Source: an uncultured Alphaproteobacteria bacterium
GTDB lineage: Bacteria > Pseudomonadota > Alphaproteobacteria > RF32 > CAG-239
Direction of reading: 5' to 3'
Assembly: GCA_949297415.1 (NCBI GenBank)
Contig: CASFSV010000041.1
Coordinates: 30,347 to 94,346 of the forward strand
DNA: 64,000 nucleotides
Shown: piece after piece, positions 50,024 to 60,376 of the stretch
How the letters are laid out: every line of letters starts with the position of its first letter
Numbering within the stretch: position 1 is the first letter of the stretch
Made by a program: the position numbers and the translations under genes
Notes under the pieces: model-generated
What the model saw: the letters and a program-made list of their open reading frames with translations, nothing else
What the model was told of the DNA's origin: nothing
Databases searched by the model: none

Positions 50024-52477
50024 ATGAAATTAGTCGTAGTAGAATCACCGGCAAAAGCCAAAACAATCAATAAATATTTAGGTAAAGATTATAAAGTCTT
50101 GGCCAGTTATGGTCATATTCGAGATTTGCCGAGTAAAGATGGTTCTGTTGATCCGGACAAAGATTTTAGCATGGTATGGGAATTAAGTCCCGGTGGAAAA
50201 AAACGTTTAAATGACATCATTACGGCATTAAAAGATTGTGATACGTTAGTCCTCGCATCCGACCCGGATAGAGAAGGAGAGGCCATCGCATGGCATATCT
50301 TAGAAGAATTGAGTGCAAAGAAAAAGTTGAAAGACAAGAAAATTGAACGAGTTGTTTTTCATGAAATTACCAAACATGCTGTAACAGAGGCTATTCAAAA
50401 TCCACGACAGATTGATGAAAATTTAGTTTCTGCATATATGGCGCGTCGAGCTTTGGATTATTTGGTGGGCTTTACGCTTTCTCCTGTATTATGGCGAAAA
50501 CTTCCAGGGTCAAAGTCAGCCGGACGAGTTCAATCGGTTGCACTTCGCTTAATCTGCGAGCGAGAGATGGAAATTGAAAAATTCAAACCCGAAGAATATT
50601 GGACTGTTGATGTAGATTTGGAAACAGCCGACAAAGCTATAATTCCATCGCATTTAATAAATTTGGATGGAAAGAAGCTGGAAAAATTTGACATTAACAC
50701 AAAAGAAAAAGCAGAGGAAGCAAAAGCTAAAATAGAAGCTCAAAATTTTAAGATTTCAAAGATTGAACGTAAAAAAGCAAATCGTTATCCAGCCCCACCT
50801 TTTACCACATCTACACTGCAACAAGAGGCTGCAAGAAAATTACGATTCTCAGCTAAAAAAACAATGCAGATAGCGCAAAATTTATATGAATCCGGTTATA
50901 TAACCTACATGAGAACGGACGCTGTAAACTTATCAGTAGAAGCAATCAGTGCATGTCGTGAAGCAATTTTGAAATATTTTGGAGAGAAGTATCTTCCTAA
51001 AGAAGCTAAAGAATATAAAACGAAATCTAAAAATGCACAAGAAGCACACGAGGCAATTCGTCCGGCAGATGTAATGAATACACCGAAGAAAATGGAAGGG
51101 AAGTTGGATTCGGATGCATATAAATTATATGAATTGATTTGGAAAAGAACCATCGCCTGCCAGATGGAACCTGCAATTTTAGATAAGGTTGTGATAGATA
51201 CACTATCAGTAGATGGTAAAATTTTATTGCGAGCAAATGGCCAAGTCATCGCATTTGACGGATTCTTGAAACTCTATCAAGAAAGTAAAGATGATGAAAA
51301 TGATGATGATGAAAACAGACTTCTTCCAAATGTAGAAGTAGATGAAGCTGTTGATAAAAAAGCCATCAAACCTGAACAACACTATACCACCCCGCCACCA
51401 CGCTTTACTGAGGCTAGTCTTGTTAAAAAGCTGGAAGAATTGGGAATTGGTCGTCCTTCAACATACGCATCGATTATTGCAGTTTTGCAAGAACGTAAAT
51501 ATGTAAAGGTCGAAAAGCTGAGATTTATTCCTGAAGATAGAGGTCGTATTGTAACAATTTTCTTAGAAAACTTCTTCAAGAAATATGTAGAGTACGATTT
51601 TACGGCACAAATGGAAGAATATCTTGATGATATATCCGCTGGTTCAATGGAATGGAAAAAGCTTCTTACAGGTTTCTGGACGAAGTTCTATAAAAACATT
51701 CAAGCCGTACAACCACTTCAAGTAAGTGAAGTAATAGATAAGATTGATGAAGTGTTGGCATATCACTTGTTTCCGGCAAAAGAAGATGGATCAGATCCTC
51801 GTTTATGCCCGGAATGCCATAAAGGGCATTTAAGCATTAAGTTAGGTAAGTTCGGTGCGTTTTTAGGTTGTTCTAATTATCCGGAATGCAAATATACCAT
51901 GCCATTAACGGATGTAAAAGAGGAAGAAGAACAAAGTACAGAAAAACAGCCCAATCCGGAAGATAAACTACTGGGTGAGCATGGTGGATTAAACGTATAT
52001 CTGAAAAAAGGTCCTTATGGCTACTATGTTCAACTTGGTGAAGATGCAACGGCAACAACAGAAAAGCCTAAAAGAATAGCTTTGCCAAAGTTCTTAAATC
52101 CGGAAGAAGTCACTTTTGAGCAAGCTGATATATTGGCTAGTTTACCAAGAGATTTAGGGGATGGAATAAGTGCCAATATCGGTAAATTTGGTCAATATAT
52201 TAAGCAAGGATTGAAATCCAAATCTCTGACCGGTAATGATAATATTTTTAATATTACAAAAGAACGTGCGGAAGAATTGCTTAAAAATGTAGCAGAAAAG
52301 CCTGAAGCCAAAGTATTGGGACAACATCCAAAACACAAAGCAGATATATTATTGGCAACAGGACGTTATGGATTATACATAAAATGCGGTAAAAACAACT
52401 ATCGGATTCCCAATAATTTACGAGGACAAGATATAACCTTAGAAGATGCGATAAAGGTTATTGATAGCGCAAAGTAA
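50024..52477 (+). CDS. topA: DNA topoisomerase I
   Basis: 817-aa ORF. TOPRIM MKLVVVESPAKAKTINKYLG...ASDPDREGEAIAWH, active-site region GYITYMRTD, one C4 Zn finger CPECHKG...CSNYPEC. Confidence 0.95.
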   Translation: MKLVVVESPAKAKTINKYLGKDYKVLASYGHIRDLPSKDGSVDPDKDFSMVWELSPGGKKRLNDIITALKDCDTLVLASDPDREGEAIAWHILEELSAKKKLKDKKIERVVFHEITKHAVTEAIQNPRQIDENLVSAYMARRALDYLVGFTLSPVLWRKLPGSKSAGRVQSVALRLICEREMEIEKFKPEEYWTVDVDLETADKAIIPSHLINLDGKKLEKFDINTKEKAEEAKAKIEAQNFKISKIERKKANRYPAPPFTTSTLQQEAARKLRFSAKKTMQIAQNLYESGYITYMRTDAVNLSVEAISACREAILKYFGEKYLPKEAKEYKTKSKNAQEAHEAIRPADVMNTPKKMEGKLDSDAYKLYELIWKRTIACQMEPAILDKVVIDTLSVDGKILLRANGQVIAFDGFLKLYQESKDDENDDDENRLLPNVEVDEAVDKKAIKPEQHYTTPPPRFTEASLVKKLEELGIGRPSTYASIIAVLQERKYVKVEKLRFIPEDRGRIVTIFLENFFKKYVEYDFTAQMEEYLDDISAGSMEWKKLLTGFWTKFYKNIQAVQPLQVSEVIDKIDEVLAYHLFPAKEDGSDPRLCPECHKGHLSIKLGKFGAFLGCSNYPECKYTMPLTDVKEEEEQSTEKQPNPEDKLLGEHGGLNVYLKKGPYGYYVQLGEDATATTEKPKRIALPKFLNPEEVTFEQADILASLPRDLGDGISANIGKFGQYIKQGLKSKSLTGNDNIFNITKERAEELLKNVAEKPEAKVLGQHPKHKADILLATGRYGLYIKCGKNNYRIPNNLRGQDITLEDAIKVIDSAK

Positions 52478-52483
52478 TTGCAT

Positions 52484-52514
52484 AAAAAAGCTCCTTAAGC
52501 AAAGGAGCTTTTTT
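52484..52514. terminator. bidirectional terminator between topA and sufB
   Basis: AAAAAAGCTCCTT-AAGCA-AAGGAGCTTTTTT: perfect stem with flanking A and T tracts. Confidence 0.75.
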
Positions 52515-52592
52515 CGTTTTCTCTAATAACGATATCAGGATAGCGTATTTATAAGAAAGTTAAAGAGAGAAAAATCAATATACACAAAGAAA

Positions 52593-54038
52593 TTAACCAA
52601 CACTTCCTTCCAGAGAGATATCAATTAATTTAGCAGCTTCAACAGCAAATTCCATTGGAAGCTTTTGCATAACTTCTTTACAAAAACCATTAACAATCAA
52701 ACTAACAGCATCTTCTTCGGAAAGTCCGCGTTGCTTGCAATAAAAAAGTTGCTCGTCGCTTATTTTAGAAGTTGTCGCTTCATGTTCCAAAATGGCTGTT
52801 TTATTACTGTTTTCAATATACGGAACAGTATGAGAACCACAAGTTTGCCCAATAAGCAAGCTATCGCATTGTGAATAATTTCGTGCGTTGTCTGCTTTTT
52901 TACCAACTTTAACAAGCCCTCTGTATGTTTGATTTGAAAATCCGGCAGAAATACCTTTAGAAATAATTTTAGAAGTTGTATTTTTGCCAAGGTGAATCAT
53001 CTTGGTGCCGGTATCTGCCTGTTGTTTATTATTGGTAATAGCAACAGAATAAAATTCCCCTTTAGAGTTATCACCTTTTAAGACACAAGAAGGATATTTC
53101 CAAGTAATAGCCGAACCCGTTTCAACTTGTGTCCAAGATACTTTAGCGTTTTCTCCGTCACAAAGCGCTCTTTTCGTAACAAAGTTGTAAACACCGCCTT
53201 TACCGTCTTTATCACCCGGATACCAGTTTTGAACTGTGGAATACTTAACTTCTGCATTTTTATGAACAAAAATTTCAACAATAGCTGCATGTAATTGATT
53301 TTCATCACGTTGCGGGGCCGTACAGCCTTCCAAATAAGAAACATAACTGCCTTCATCGGCTATAATGAGCGTACGTTCAAATTGTCCGGTATTTTTAGCG
53401 TTAATTCGGAAATAAGTTGATAATTCCATCGGACACTTTACACCTTTAGGGATATACACAAAAGAACCATCGGTAAACACAGCGGAATTAAGAGCCGCAA
53501 AAAAGTTATCCGTATAAGGGACAACAGATCCCAGATATTTTTGAACTAAATCAGGATATTCTTTGACCGCTTCGGAAATAGAGCAAAAAATAATTCCTTG
53601 TTTTTTAAGCTGAGCTTTATAGGTTGTCGCAACGGAAACACTATCAAAAACCGCATCAACAGCCACAACACCGGCCAAAACTTCTTGTTCTTTTAGCGGA
53701 ATTCCTAATTTATTGTATGTTTCCAAAATCTTTGGATCAACCTCATCAAGACTTTTAGGTTGTACGGTTTGCTTAGGCGCGGAATAGTAATATAAATCTT
53801 GATAATCAATTTTATCGTAAGACAATTTAGCCCACGTTGGCTCGGATAAAGTAAGCCAATGATGATAAGCTTTAAGACGAGATTGAAGAAGCCAATCAGG
53901 TTCGCCTTTTTTTTGCGAAATTAATTTTATAATATCGTCATTAAGCCCTCTAGGTGCAACATCTGCAGCTATATCGGTAACAAAACCGAATTTATATTTA
54001 TCACCGCTCTCATCGACAATATTAGGAATATTGCTCAT
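52593..54038 (-). CDS. sufB: Fe-S cluster assembly scaffold SufB
   Basis: 481-aa ORF, full-length similarity pattern to SufB (e.g. [41 protein letters not shown]..., [26 protein letters not shown]). Confidence 0.93.
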   Translation of the reverse strand: MSNIPNIVDESGDKYKFGFVTDIAADVAPRGLNDDIIKLISQKKGEPDWLLQSRLKAYHHWLTLSEPTWAKLSYDKIDYQDLYYYSAPKQTVQPKSLDEVDPKILETYNKLGIPLKEQEVLAGVVAVDAVFDSVSVATTYKAQLKKQGIIFCSISEAVKEYPDLVQKYLGSVVPYTDNFFAALNSAVFTDGSFVYIPKGVKCPMELSTYFRINAKNTGQFERTLIIADEGSYVSYLEGCTAPQRDENQLHAAIVEIFVHKNAEVKYSTVQNWYPGDKDGKGGVYNFVTKRALCDGENAKVSWTQVETGSAITWKYPSCVLKGDNSKGEFYSVAITNNKQQADTGTKMIHLGKNTTSKIISKGISAGFSNQTYRGLVKVGKKADNARNYSQCDSLLIGQTCGSHTVPYIENSNKTAILEHEATTSKISDEQLFYCKQRGLSEEDAVSLIVNGFCKEVMQKLPMEFAVEAAKLIDISLEGSVG

Positions 54039-54170
54039 AACTTTTCCTTAAAAAGATAATTTATCTCTGTATAAAATAAAGCATAACAAAAATCAAGGGA
54101 AGATTCTGCCGGAGTTTAACGAATATTTAGTTTTTTTTATATAAAAGACAATAATAAACAAAGGAAAACA

Positions 54171-55160
54171 ATGAGAAGGGCTTTAATTACATTACTTTTC
54201 GTGCCTCTGCTATTTGGTTGTTATGCCAGAAGCGGTGGTATTCCTTTGTTTAATAGTTACGGCTATAATTACACTCCTGGCAATGTTATTGTTCAAAAAG
54301 GAGATACTCTATATAGTTTGTCGCGTAAATATCAAGTACCATTAAGAGGCTTGATTGAAGAAAATCATTTATCAGCACCGTATGCACTCAATATCGGACA
54401 AAGTTTGAAGTTGCCGAAACGTCAGAAGCACATAGTGTCAAAGGGAGAAACATTATACAGTATATCCAAAAAATATAATGTAGATATAACGTCATTAAGC
54501 CGTTTAAACGATTTAGAAGAACCGTATACAATCAGTGTAGGACAAACTCTTATGCTCCCTGAAACTTTAGCAGGAAGTAATAACAGTAGCACTCAATACC
54601 AAGTAGCATCAAAAGCAAGTTCCGGAGGGTCGTCCAGCTATTCATATACCAAAGGAAGTACAACAAAAAAAGCAACAACAACGTCTACTCAAAGCAGCAA
54701 GAGCAAAGTAAGCACAAAAAAAACAACAACCGCGTCAAAAAGCATAAGTAAGAAAGCGCCTCGCAAGAATGTTTCAACATATCGGAAGACTAAATTTATC
54801 TGGCCAGTACAAGGGACTGTTGTATCAAACTTTGGTATCGTGGGTAAAGGACGAAAAAATGATGGCATCAATATAAAAGCAGCTATGGGAACAAATGTAA
54901 AAGCGGCAGATAAAGGAGTTGTTGCCTATGCTGGAAATGAATTAAAAGGCTTTGGTAATTTAATCTTAATCAAACACAGTGATGGCTACATCACAGCCTA
55001 TGCACATAATCAGCATTTATATGTAAAAAAAGGACAGAAAGTATTACGGGGCGAAAAAATAGCAACAGTGGGTAGTACAGGGAGTGTTAATTTTCCCCAA
55101 TTACATTTTGAAGTCAGAGCTGGTAAAAAGGCTGTAAATCCGCGTTCCTATCTGCCATAA
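54171..55160 (+). CDS. LysM-LysM / M23 peptidase lipoprotein (NlpD-like)
   Basis: 329-aa ORF. Lipobox LLFGC, two LysM repeats (VQKGDTLYSLSRKY..., VSKGETLYSISKKY...), Ser/Thr/Lys-rich linker, and M23 core GINIKAAMGTNVKAADKGVVAY...ILIKHSDGYITAYAHN...GSTGSV..PQLHFEV. Confidence 0.88.
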   Translation: MRRALITLLFVPLLFGCYARSGGIPLFNSYGYNYTPGNVIVQKGDTLYSLSRKYQVPLRGLIEENHLSAPYALNIGQSLKLPKRQKHIVSKGETLYSISKKYNVDITSLSRLNDLEEPYTISVGQTLMLPETLAGSNNSSTQYQVASKASSGGSSSYSYTKGSTTKKATTTSTQSSKSKVSTKKTTTASKSISKKAPRKNVSTYRKTKFIWPVQGTVVSNFGIVGKGRKNDGINIKAAMGTNVKAADKGVVAYAGNELKGFGNLILIKHSDGYITAYAHNQHLYVKKGQKVLRGEKIATVGSTGSVNFPQLHFEVRAGKKAVNPRSYLP

Positions 55161-55302
55161 AAAATGGTGTTGAAATATAATAGAAGTCTAATAATCTCCT
55201 AAAATGAAAATTTCGTTGTAAATCTCAGTAATTTGAGTTGTATCAAGTATTTTTTTTGCGTAAACTCTTTGCGAAAAGATTAAATTTTAAATGGAGAAAA
55301 CA

Positions 55303-55620
55303 ATGTTTATATCAGAAGCTATTGCTGCGACGGGTGCTGCTGCAACAGTAGAGCCAAATCCAATGGTAGGTTTTATTGTGCAATTAGTTATTGTTTTTGC
55401 AATATTCTATTTTTTGCTAATTCGTCCGCAACAGAAAAAAATGAAAGAACATGAAGATATGCTAAATGCTATTAAGCCTAAAGATGAGATTATTACAGGC
55501 GGTGGTATTTATGCAAAAGTAGTTAAAGCGGAAGAAAGTGTTTTGACTGTAGAAATCGCTAACGGTGTAGAGATAAAAATATCTCGCTCAAGTGTTAGAG
55601 AAGTTGTTTCAAAACAATAA
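55303..55620 (+). CDS. yajC: preprotein translocase subunit YajC
   Basis: ORF from 55291. ATG 55303 is preferred (SD GGAGA). FLLIRPQQKKMKEHEDML...GGGIYAKVV is canonical YajC. Confidence 0.9.
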   Translation: MFISEAIAATGAAATVEPNPMVGFIVQLVIVFAIFYFLLIRPQQKKMKEHEDMLNAIKPKDEIITGGGIYAKVVKAEESVLTVEIANGVEIKISRSSVREVVSKQ

Positions 55621-55655
55621 GCTAATGAATAAACAGTAGAAAAGAGAGAACAATA

Positions 55656-57203
55656 ATGTATAAATTATCGTTACAAAGAATAGTTATGATTTTGGCGATA
55701 TGTTTGTTAGGCATATTTTTTGCTGTACCAAACTTCGTTAAAGATCCAAAAACAACTTTGCCATCATGGTGGCAACCTGTAAATTTGGGGTTAGATTTAC
55801 AAGGCGGTTCGAGTTTATTACTTGAAGTAGATATGACGACAGCCTTAAAAGACAGAATGCAGACATTAGAAGATTCTGCTCGTTCAGCTCTAAAAGAAGC
55901 AAGAATACGTTATCAAAGTATAAATTCAGATGAAAATGGTCTGAAAGTGAAGATTGAGAGCACAAATTCCAGAGCAAAAGCAATGGTTCCATTGCGTAAA
56001 ATGGATGATGGCTTGAAAGTAACAGATAATGGCAATGATGTATTAGTTGTAACTTATGACGAACAAGCCTTAAATGAAATCAAAAGAAAGTTGATTGATC
56101 AATCAATAGAAATTGTTCGTAAACGTATTGATGAATATGGAACAAATGAGCCTATAATCCAGAGTCAAGGCGAAGGACGAATTTTGGTTCAATTACCGGG
56201 TGTTCAAAATCCAGAAGAAGTTAAAGTTTTGCTAGGTAAAACAGCAAAGATGACCTTTCACTTAGTTGATAGTTCGACTTCAGTTGCTGAAGCAAAACGT
56301 GGTAAATTGAAAAGTTCATCACGCATTATTAGAGGTATTGAAGGCGAACAATATGTAATTGTTAGAAAACCTGCTGTAGGTGGTGAAACATTAACAGATG
56401 CCGGCGTTTCTTTTCAAGAAGGTGCTCCGGCAGTTAGCTTTAAATTTAACAATTTAGGAGCTAAAAAGTTTGGTGAAGTAACCAAAAATAACATAGGCGA
56501 ACAGTTGGCTATCGTACTGGATGATGAAGTTATTTCAGCTCCGACTATCCAATCAGCTATTACAGGAGGTTCAGGTGTGATTACCGGAAACTACACTTCT
56601 GAGAGCGCTCAAGAATTAGCATTATTGCTTCGTTCTGGTGCTTTGCCTGCACCATTGAATATTTTGGAAGAAAGAACAGTGGGAGCCGGTCTTGGTGCTG
56701 ATTCTATTGAAGCTGGTGTATTTGCATCTGTAATAGGTTTCATTGGTGTTGTTGTTTTCTTAGTATTGGCCTATGGTCTATTTGGTGTATTTACTACAAT
56801 TACCGTATTTTTAAACCTGTTCTTGATGTTGGGCGCATTAAGTTTAATAGGCGCAACCTTAACATTACCAGGTATAGCCGGAATTATCTTAACAATTGGT
56901 ATGGCCGTAGATGCCAATGTGTTGATTTTTGAACGTATGCGTGAAGAAGTTAAAATGGGGCGTTCTATCAAAGATGCTATTGAAAGTGGCTTCTCAATAG
57001 CATGGGGGACAATTATAGATTCCAATTTAACGACGTTAATAGCGGCAGCCGTTCTGTTCTACTTTGGAAGTGGTCCTGTAAGAGGATTTGCCGTAACTTT
57101 GTCAATAGGTATAGCAACATCAATGTTTACATCTGTAACCGTAACCAGATTGATAATTGCAGCATGGTTCAATCGTTACAAACCAAAAGCTTTACCGATT
57201 TAA
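55656..57203 (+). CDS. secD: protein translocase subunit SecD
   Basis: 515-aa ORF. LGLDLQGGSSLLLEV, periplasmic domain, C-terminal 6-TM block with GIAGIILTIGMAVDANVLIFERMREE. Confidence 0.95.
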   Translation: MYKLSLQRIVMILAICLLGIFFAVPNFVKDPKTTLPSWWQPVNLGLDLQGGSSLLLEVDMTTALKDRMQTLEDSARSALKEARIRYQSINSDENGLKVKIESTNSRAKAMVPLRKMDDGLKVTDNGNDVLVVTYDEQALNEIKRKLIDQSIEIVRKRIDEYGTNEPIIQSQGEGRILVQLPGVQNPEEVKVLLGKTAKMTFHLVDSSTSVAEAKRGKLKSSSRIIRGIEGEQYVIVRKPAVGGETLTDAGVSFQEGAPAVSFKFNNLGAKKFGEVTKNNIGEQLAIVLDDEVISAPTIQSAITGGSGVITGNYTSESAQELALLLRSGALPAPLNILEERTVGAGLGADSIEAGVFASVIGFIGVVVFLVLAYGLFGVFTTITVFLNLFLMLGALSLIGATLTLPGIAGIILTIGMAVDANVLIFERMREEVKMGRSIKDAIESGFSIAWGTIIDSNLTTLIAAAVLFYFGSGPVRGFAVTLSIGIATSMFTSVTVTRLIIAAWFNRYKPKALPI

Positions 57204-57221
57204 GAAAAAAGGAATAGAAAA

Positions 57222-58157
57222 ATGACAATGTTAAAATGGATAACAAAAGATACAAATATCAACTTTATGAAAGCGCGGTATTTTACATATATACTATCGT
57301 CCATACTGGTGATATTATCAATAGCAAGTATTTATCTGAAAAGTTTTAACTTCGGTATAGACTTCTCAGGAGGTGTTTTGATGGAAATAAAATCAGAGCA
57401 ACCTATAAATATAGAAGAAATTCGTTCTAAATTAAGTGTTGTAAAGTTAGATGAATTAAATCTTCAAACTATAGGAACCGAGGGAAAAGAGCTGATGATT
57501 AGAGCTCAAGCAGATAATGCAGATGAAGTAGCTCAACGCAAAGCTGTTGCAGAAATTAGAGAAATTTTAGGCAATAATTATGAATATCGTCGCGTTGAAA
57601 CCGTTGGACCGCAAGTTGGAGATGAACTTAAAACAGCAGGTATGGTAGCATCTATATTGGCTATATTAGCAATAGCCATTTACATCTGGGTTAGATTTGA
57701 ATGGCAATTTGCAATAGGTGCATTATTAGGACTGTTTCATGATACAATAATAGTTGTTGGGTTGCTTTCATTTTTCAGATTTGATTTCAGCTTAACAACA
57801 ATTGCAGCGATTCTGACTTTAGTCGGTTATTCTGTAAATGATAAAGTGGTAACATATGATAGAATTCGAGAAAATTTAAAAAAATATCGTAAAATGCCTC
57901 AAGAGGAGTTAATCAACAAAAGCATTAACGACATCTTTTCTCGTACGATATTAACAGGTGTAACAACATTGATTGCAGTTATTCCTTTATATCTATGGGG
58001 AGGAGATGCCCTGGAAAGTTTCTCTTTCACTATATTATCCGGCTTAATCATCGGAACATATTCTTCAATTTATGTATCAGCCGCAATATTAAATATATTT
58101 GATTTGCGAGCCGTACATCATCAAGAAGAAGATAACTACTTTGGAACGATAGGTTAA
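57222..58157 (+). CDS. secF: protein translocase subunit SecF
   Basis: 311-aa ORF. NFGIDFSGGVLMEI and LVGYSVNDKVVTYDRIREN motifs. Confidence 0.95.
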   Translation: MTMLKWITKDTNINFMKARYFTYILSSILVILSIASIYLKSFNFGIDFSGGVLMEIKSEQPINIEEIRSKLSVVKLDELNLQTIGTEGKELMIRAQADNADEVAQRKAVAEIREILGNNYEYRRVETVGPQVGDELKTAGMVASILAILAIAIYIWVRFEWQFAIGALLGLFHDTIIVVGLLSFFRFDFSLTTIAAILTLVGYSVNDKVVTYDRIRENLKKYRKMPQEELINKSINDIFSRTILTGVTTLIAVIPLYLWGGDALESFSFTILSGLIIGTYSSIYVSAAILNIFDLRAVHHQEEDNYFGTIG

Positions 58158-58170
58158 AAGTAGAGAAGTT

Positions 58171-58201
58171 AAAGCTCCTTGGATAATCAAGGAGCTTTTT
58201 T
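58171..58201. terminator. bidirectional terminator between secF and the 83-aa ORF
   Basis: AAAGCTCCTTG-GATAAT-CAAGGAGCTTTTTT. Confidence 0.7.
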
Positions 58202-58212
58202 CATATAAAAGA

Positions 58213-58464
58213 TTAATTATAAAAACGCGGAGATATTGTAGTAACATTAGAATTAGGATGATGAGTAAAACGACACAATTTAGGTGCGCCTTCAACTCGT
58301 TTAAAGACCTCCTCAGCGAAAGCTATTTTGGCAACATGAGTTATAAACAAGGGGCGTTCAAGTTTTAATTTTCCTAGAGTTTCTTCAAGCGCTTCAAAAC
58401 TATCATAAATAGTTCCAACAAACACCATATTTTCTTTTAATTTATCTATTTGAGCTTTTTTCAT
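58213..58464 (-). CDS. hypothetical protein (83 aa)
   Basis: ORF 58213-58536, preferred start ATG 58464 with SD GAGGT (MKKAQIDKLKENMVFVGTIYDSFEALEE...). No family recognised. Confidence 0.45.
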   Translation of the reverse strand: MKKAQIDKLKENMVFVGTIYDSFEALEETLGKLKLERPLFITHVAKIAFAEEVFKRVEGAPKLCRFTHHPNSNVTTISPRFYN

Positions 58465-58577
58465 TTCATACCTCACATAAAAAATAATCCGAACATAGAA
58501 TAAGTAGGAATAAAAAAAGCAATTTAAAGCTCTCAAAAAAGCTATATTGACAGTAGAAGAGCAATAAAAAATCGATT

Positions 58578-58772
58578 CTAAATTATAAATTTTTGATGAA
58601 TATTCTTATTATGGTTAAATTTAAGATTTTTGTCACCAGAAACAAAGTGTTTTTTATTCCACTGATCGGCAACAAGTCCAACAATTTCACTATCTAATTC
58701 GTGATTTTCAACAAAATTAAATTGACTGGCTAAATCATAAACAACAAAATTTGCAATATTAACTTTACTCAT
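58578..58772 (-). CDS. hypothetical protein (64 aa)
   Basis: Strong SD GAGGAGA 6 nt before ATG 58772. MSKVNIANFVVYDLASQFNFVENHELDSEIVGLVADQW... No family recognised. Confidence 0.45.
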   Translation of the reverse strand: MSKVNIANFVVYDLASQFNFVENHELDSEIVGLVADQWNKKHFVSGDKNLKFNHNKNIHQKFII

Positions 58773-58851
58773 TTTAATCTCCTCTCTAAAATCATAAACA
58801 ATATAAAGGCAATATTAGCAAAATAAAGATATATAAAACTAATGTCTATGT

Positions 58852-58886
58852 TTATAAAGCTGTCTATAGACTAGACAGCTTTATAA
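58852..58886. repeat. perfect 15-bp inverted repeat with 5-nt spacer downstream of gatB
   Basis: TTATAAAGCTGTCTA-TAGAC-TAGACAGCTTTATAA. All 15 positions pair. No clear T-run on either side. Confidence 0.8.
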
Positions 58887-58918
58887 CATAACTAAAGCTT
58901 TAAGTTAGCGATGAAAAG

Positions 58919-60373
58919 TTACAACTTTTCTTTTAAGAGCTTATTAACTAAGGCTGGATTAGCTTTCCCTTGAGATTGTTTAATGACCTGTCCAACGAAC
59001 CAACCTAAAAGATTAACCTTACCAGCCCTATAACTAGCCACATTGTCAGGATTTGAAGCAATAACAGCATCAATAATAGCCTCAATAGCAGATGTATCCG
59101 TGACTTGTTTTAAGCCTTTTTCTTCAACAATTTTTTCAGGATTTTCTGAAGTTTCAGCCATAATTTCAAAAACATCTTTTGCAATTTTTCCGGAAATAAC
59201 CTCATGAGAAATAAGATCAACTAATTTTCCAAGGTTTTCAGGAGAAACTGGAGATTGAGAAATATCAAGATTTCTCTTTTTAAGCATTGCAAAGAAATCC
59301 CCCATAAGCCAGTTTGCTACTTTTTTAGCATCTCTGCCGCATGCAACTTTTTCAAAAAAATCAGCAACTTCTTTATTTTCACAAATAACAGAAGCGTCGT
59401 AAGGAGTCAAACCGAGATCATTAACAAATCGAGATTTTTTTGCATCAGGTAATTCAATTAATTCATCTTTGATTTTATTGATTAACTCATCACTTAGAAT
59501 TAAAGGAGGCAAATCCGGCTCAGGGAAATAGCGATAATCGTCAGAAAATTCTTTAAAACGTAAAAATTTAGTACCTCCAGTAGAAGGATCAAAGCGACAG
59601 GTTTGCTGCAAAATAGTACCACCAGATTCATAAATATCAACTTGACGGTGAGCTTCAGACTCAATAGCTTGCATAGCAAATTTAACAGAGTTTACATTTT
59701 TGACCTCAGCTCTTTGTCTTAATTCACTACTACCAAGTGGACGTACAGAAATACTAGCATCACAACGCATAGAGCCTTCATCCATATTTCCGTCACAAGT
59801 ACCAAGATAACGTAAAATAGAACGTAATTTCCGTAAAAAAGCACCAACTTCCTCAGGAGAACGAAAATCAGGTTTAGTAACAATTTCCATCAATCCAACG
59901 CCACATCTATTAAAATCAATAAAGCTTTTTGTTGGATTTAAATCGTGAATAGATTTAGCTGCGTCCTGTTCAATATGTAATCGTTCAATACGAATATCCT
60001 TAGAAGTACCATCGGACAAATCGATAGTAATTTTTCCTTCACCAACGATAGGATATTCAAATTGCGTAATCTGGTACCCTTGAGGAGAATCAGCATAAAA
60101 ATAATTTTTACGTGAAAATACGGAATATTTATTAATAACAGCATTTAATCCAAGCCCTGTTTTGATAGCTTGATGAACACATTCCTCATTTAAGGTTGGC
60201 AACATTCCCGGCATAGCCGCATCAACAAAAGAAACATTTTCATTTGCATCATCACCAAACTCAGCCGGTGCGCCACTAAATATTTTAGATTTAGAAATAA
60301 TTTGACAGTGAATTTCCAATCCGCAAACAATTTCCCATTTTCCTTTTTCTGTTTCAATAATGTATTCTGACAT
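58919..60373 (-). CDS. gatB: Asp/Glu-tRNA amidotransferase subunit B
   Basis: 484-aa ORF. WEIVCGLEIHCQI, RKNYFYADSPQGYQITQ, C-terminal YqeY-like domain. Confidence 0.95.
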   Translation of the reverse strand: MSEYIIETEKGKWEIVCGLEIHCQIISKSKIFSGAPAEFGDDANENVSFVDAAMPGMLPTLNEECVHQAIKTGLGLNAVINKYSVFSRKNYFYADSPQGYQITQFEYPIVGEGKITIDLSDGTSKDIRIERLHIEQDAAKSIHDLNPTKSFIDFNRCGVGLMEIVTKPDFRSPEEVGAFLRKLRSILRYLGTCDGNMDEGSMRCDASISVRPLGSSELRQRAEVKNVNSVKFAMQAIESEAHRQVDIYESGGTILQQTCRFDPSTGGTKFLRFKEFSDDYRYFPEPDLPPLILSDELINKIKDELIELPDAKKSRFVNDLGLTPYDASVICENKEVADFFEKVACGRDAKKVANWLMGDFFAMLKKRNLDISQSPVSPENLGKLVDLISHEVISGKIAKDVFEIMAETSENPEKIVEEKGLKQVTDTSAIEAIIDAVIASNPDNVASYRAGKVNLLGWFVGQVIKQSQGKANPALVNKLLKEKL

Positions 60374-60376
60374 ATT

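Noticed and set aside
54600-54780. Ser/Thr/Lys-rich low-complexity DNA in the M23 peptidase gene
   Set aside because: It is a compositional linker between the LysM and M23 domains, which is common in NlpD-like proteins, and not a repeat element.
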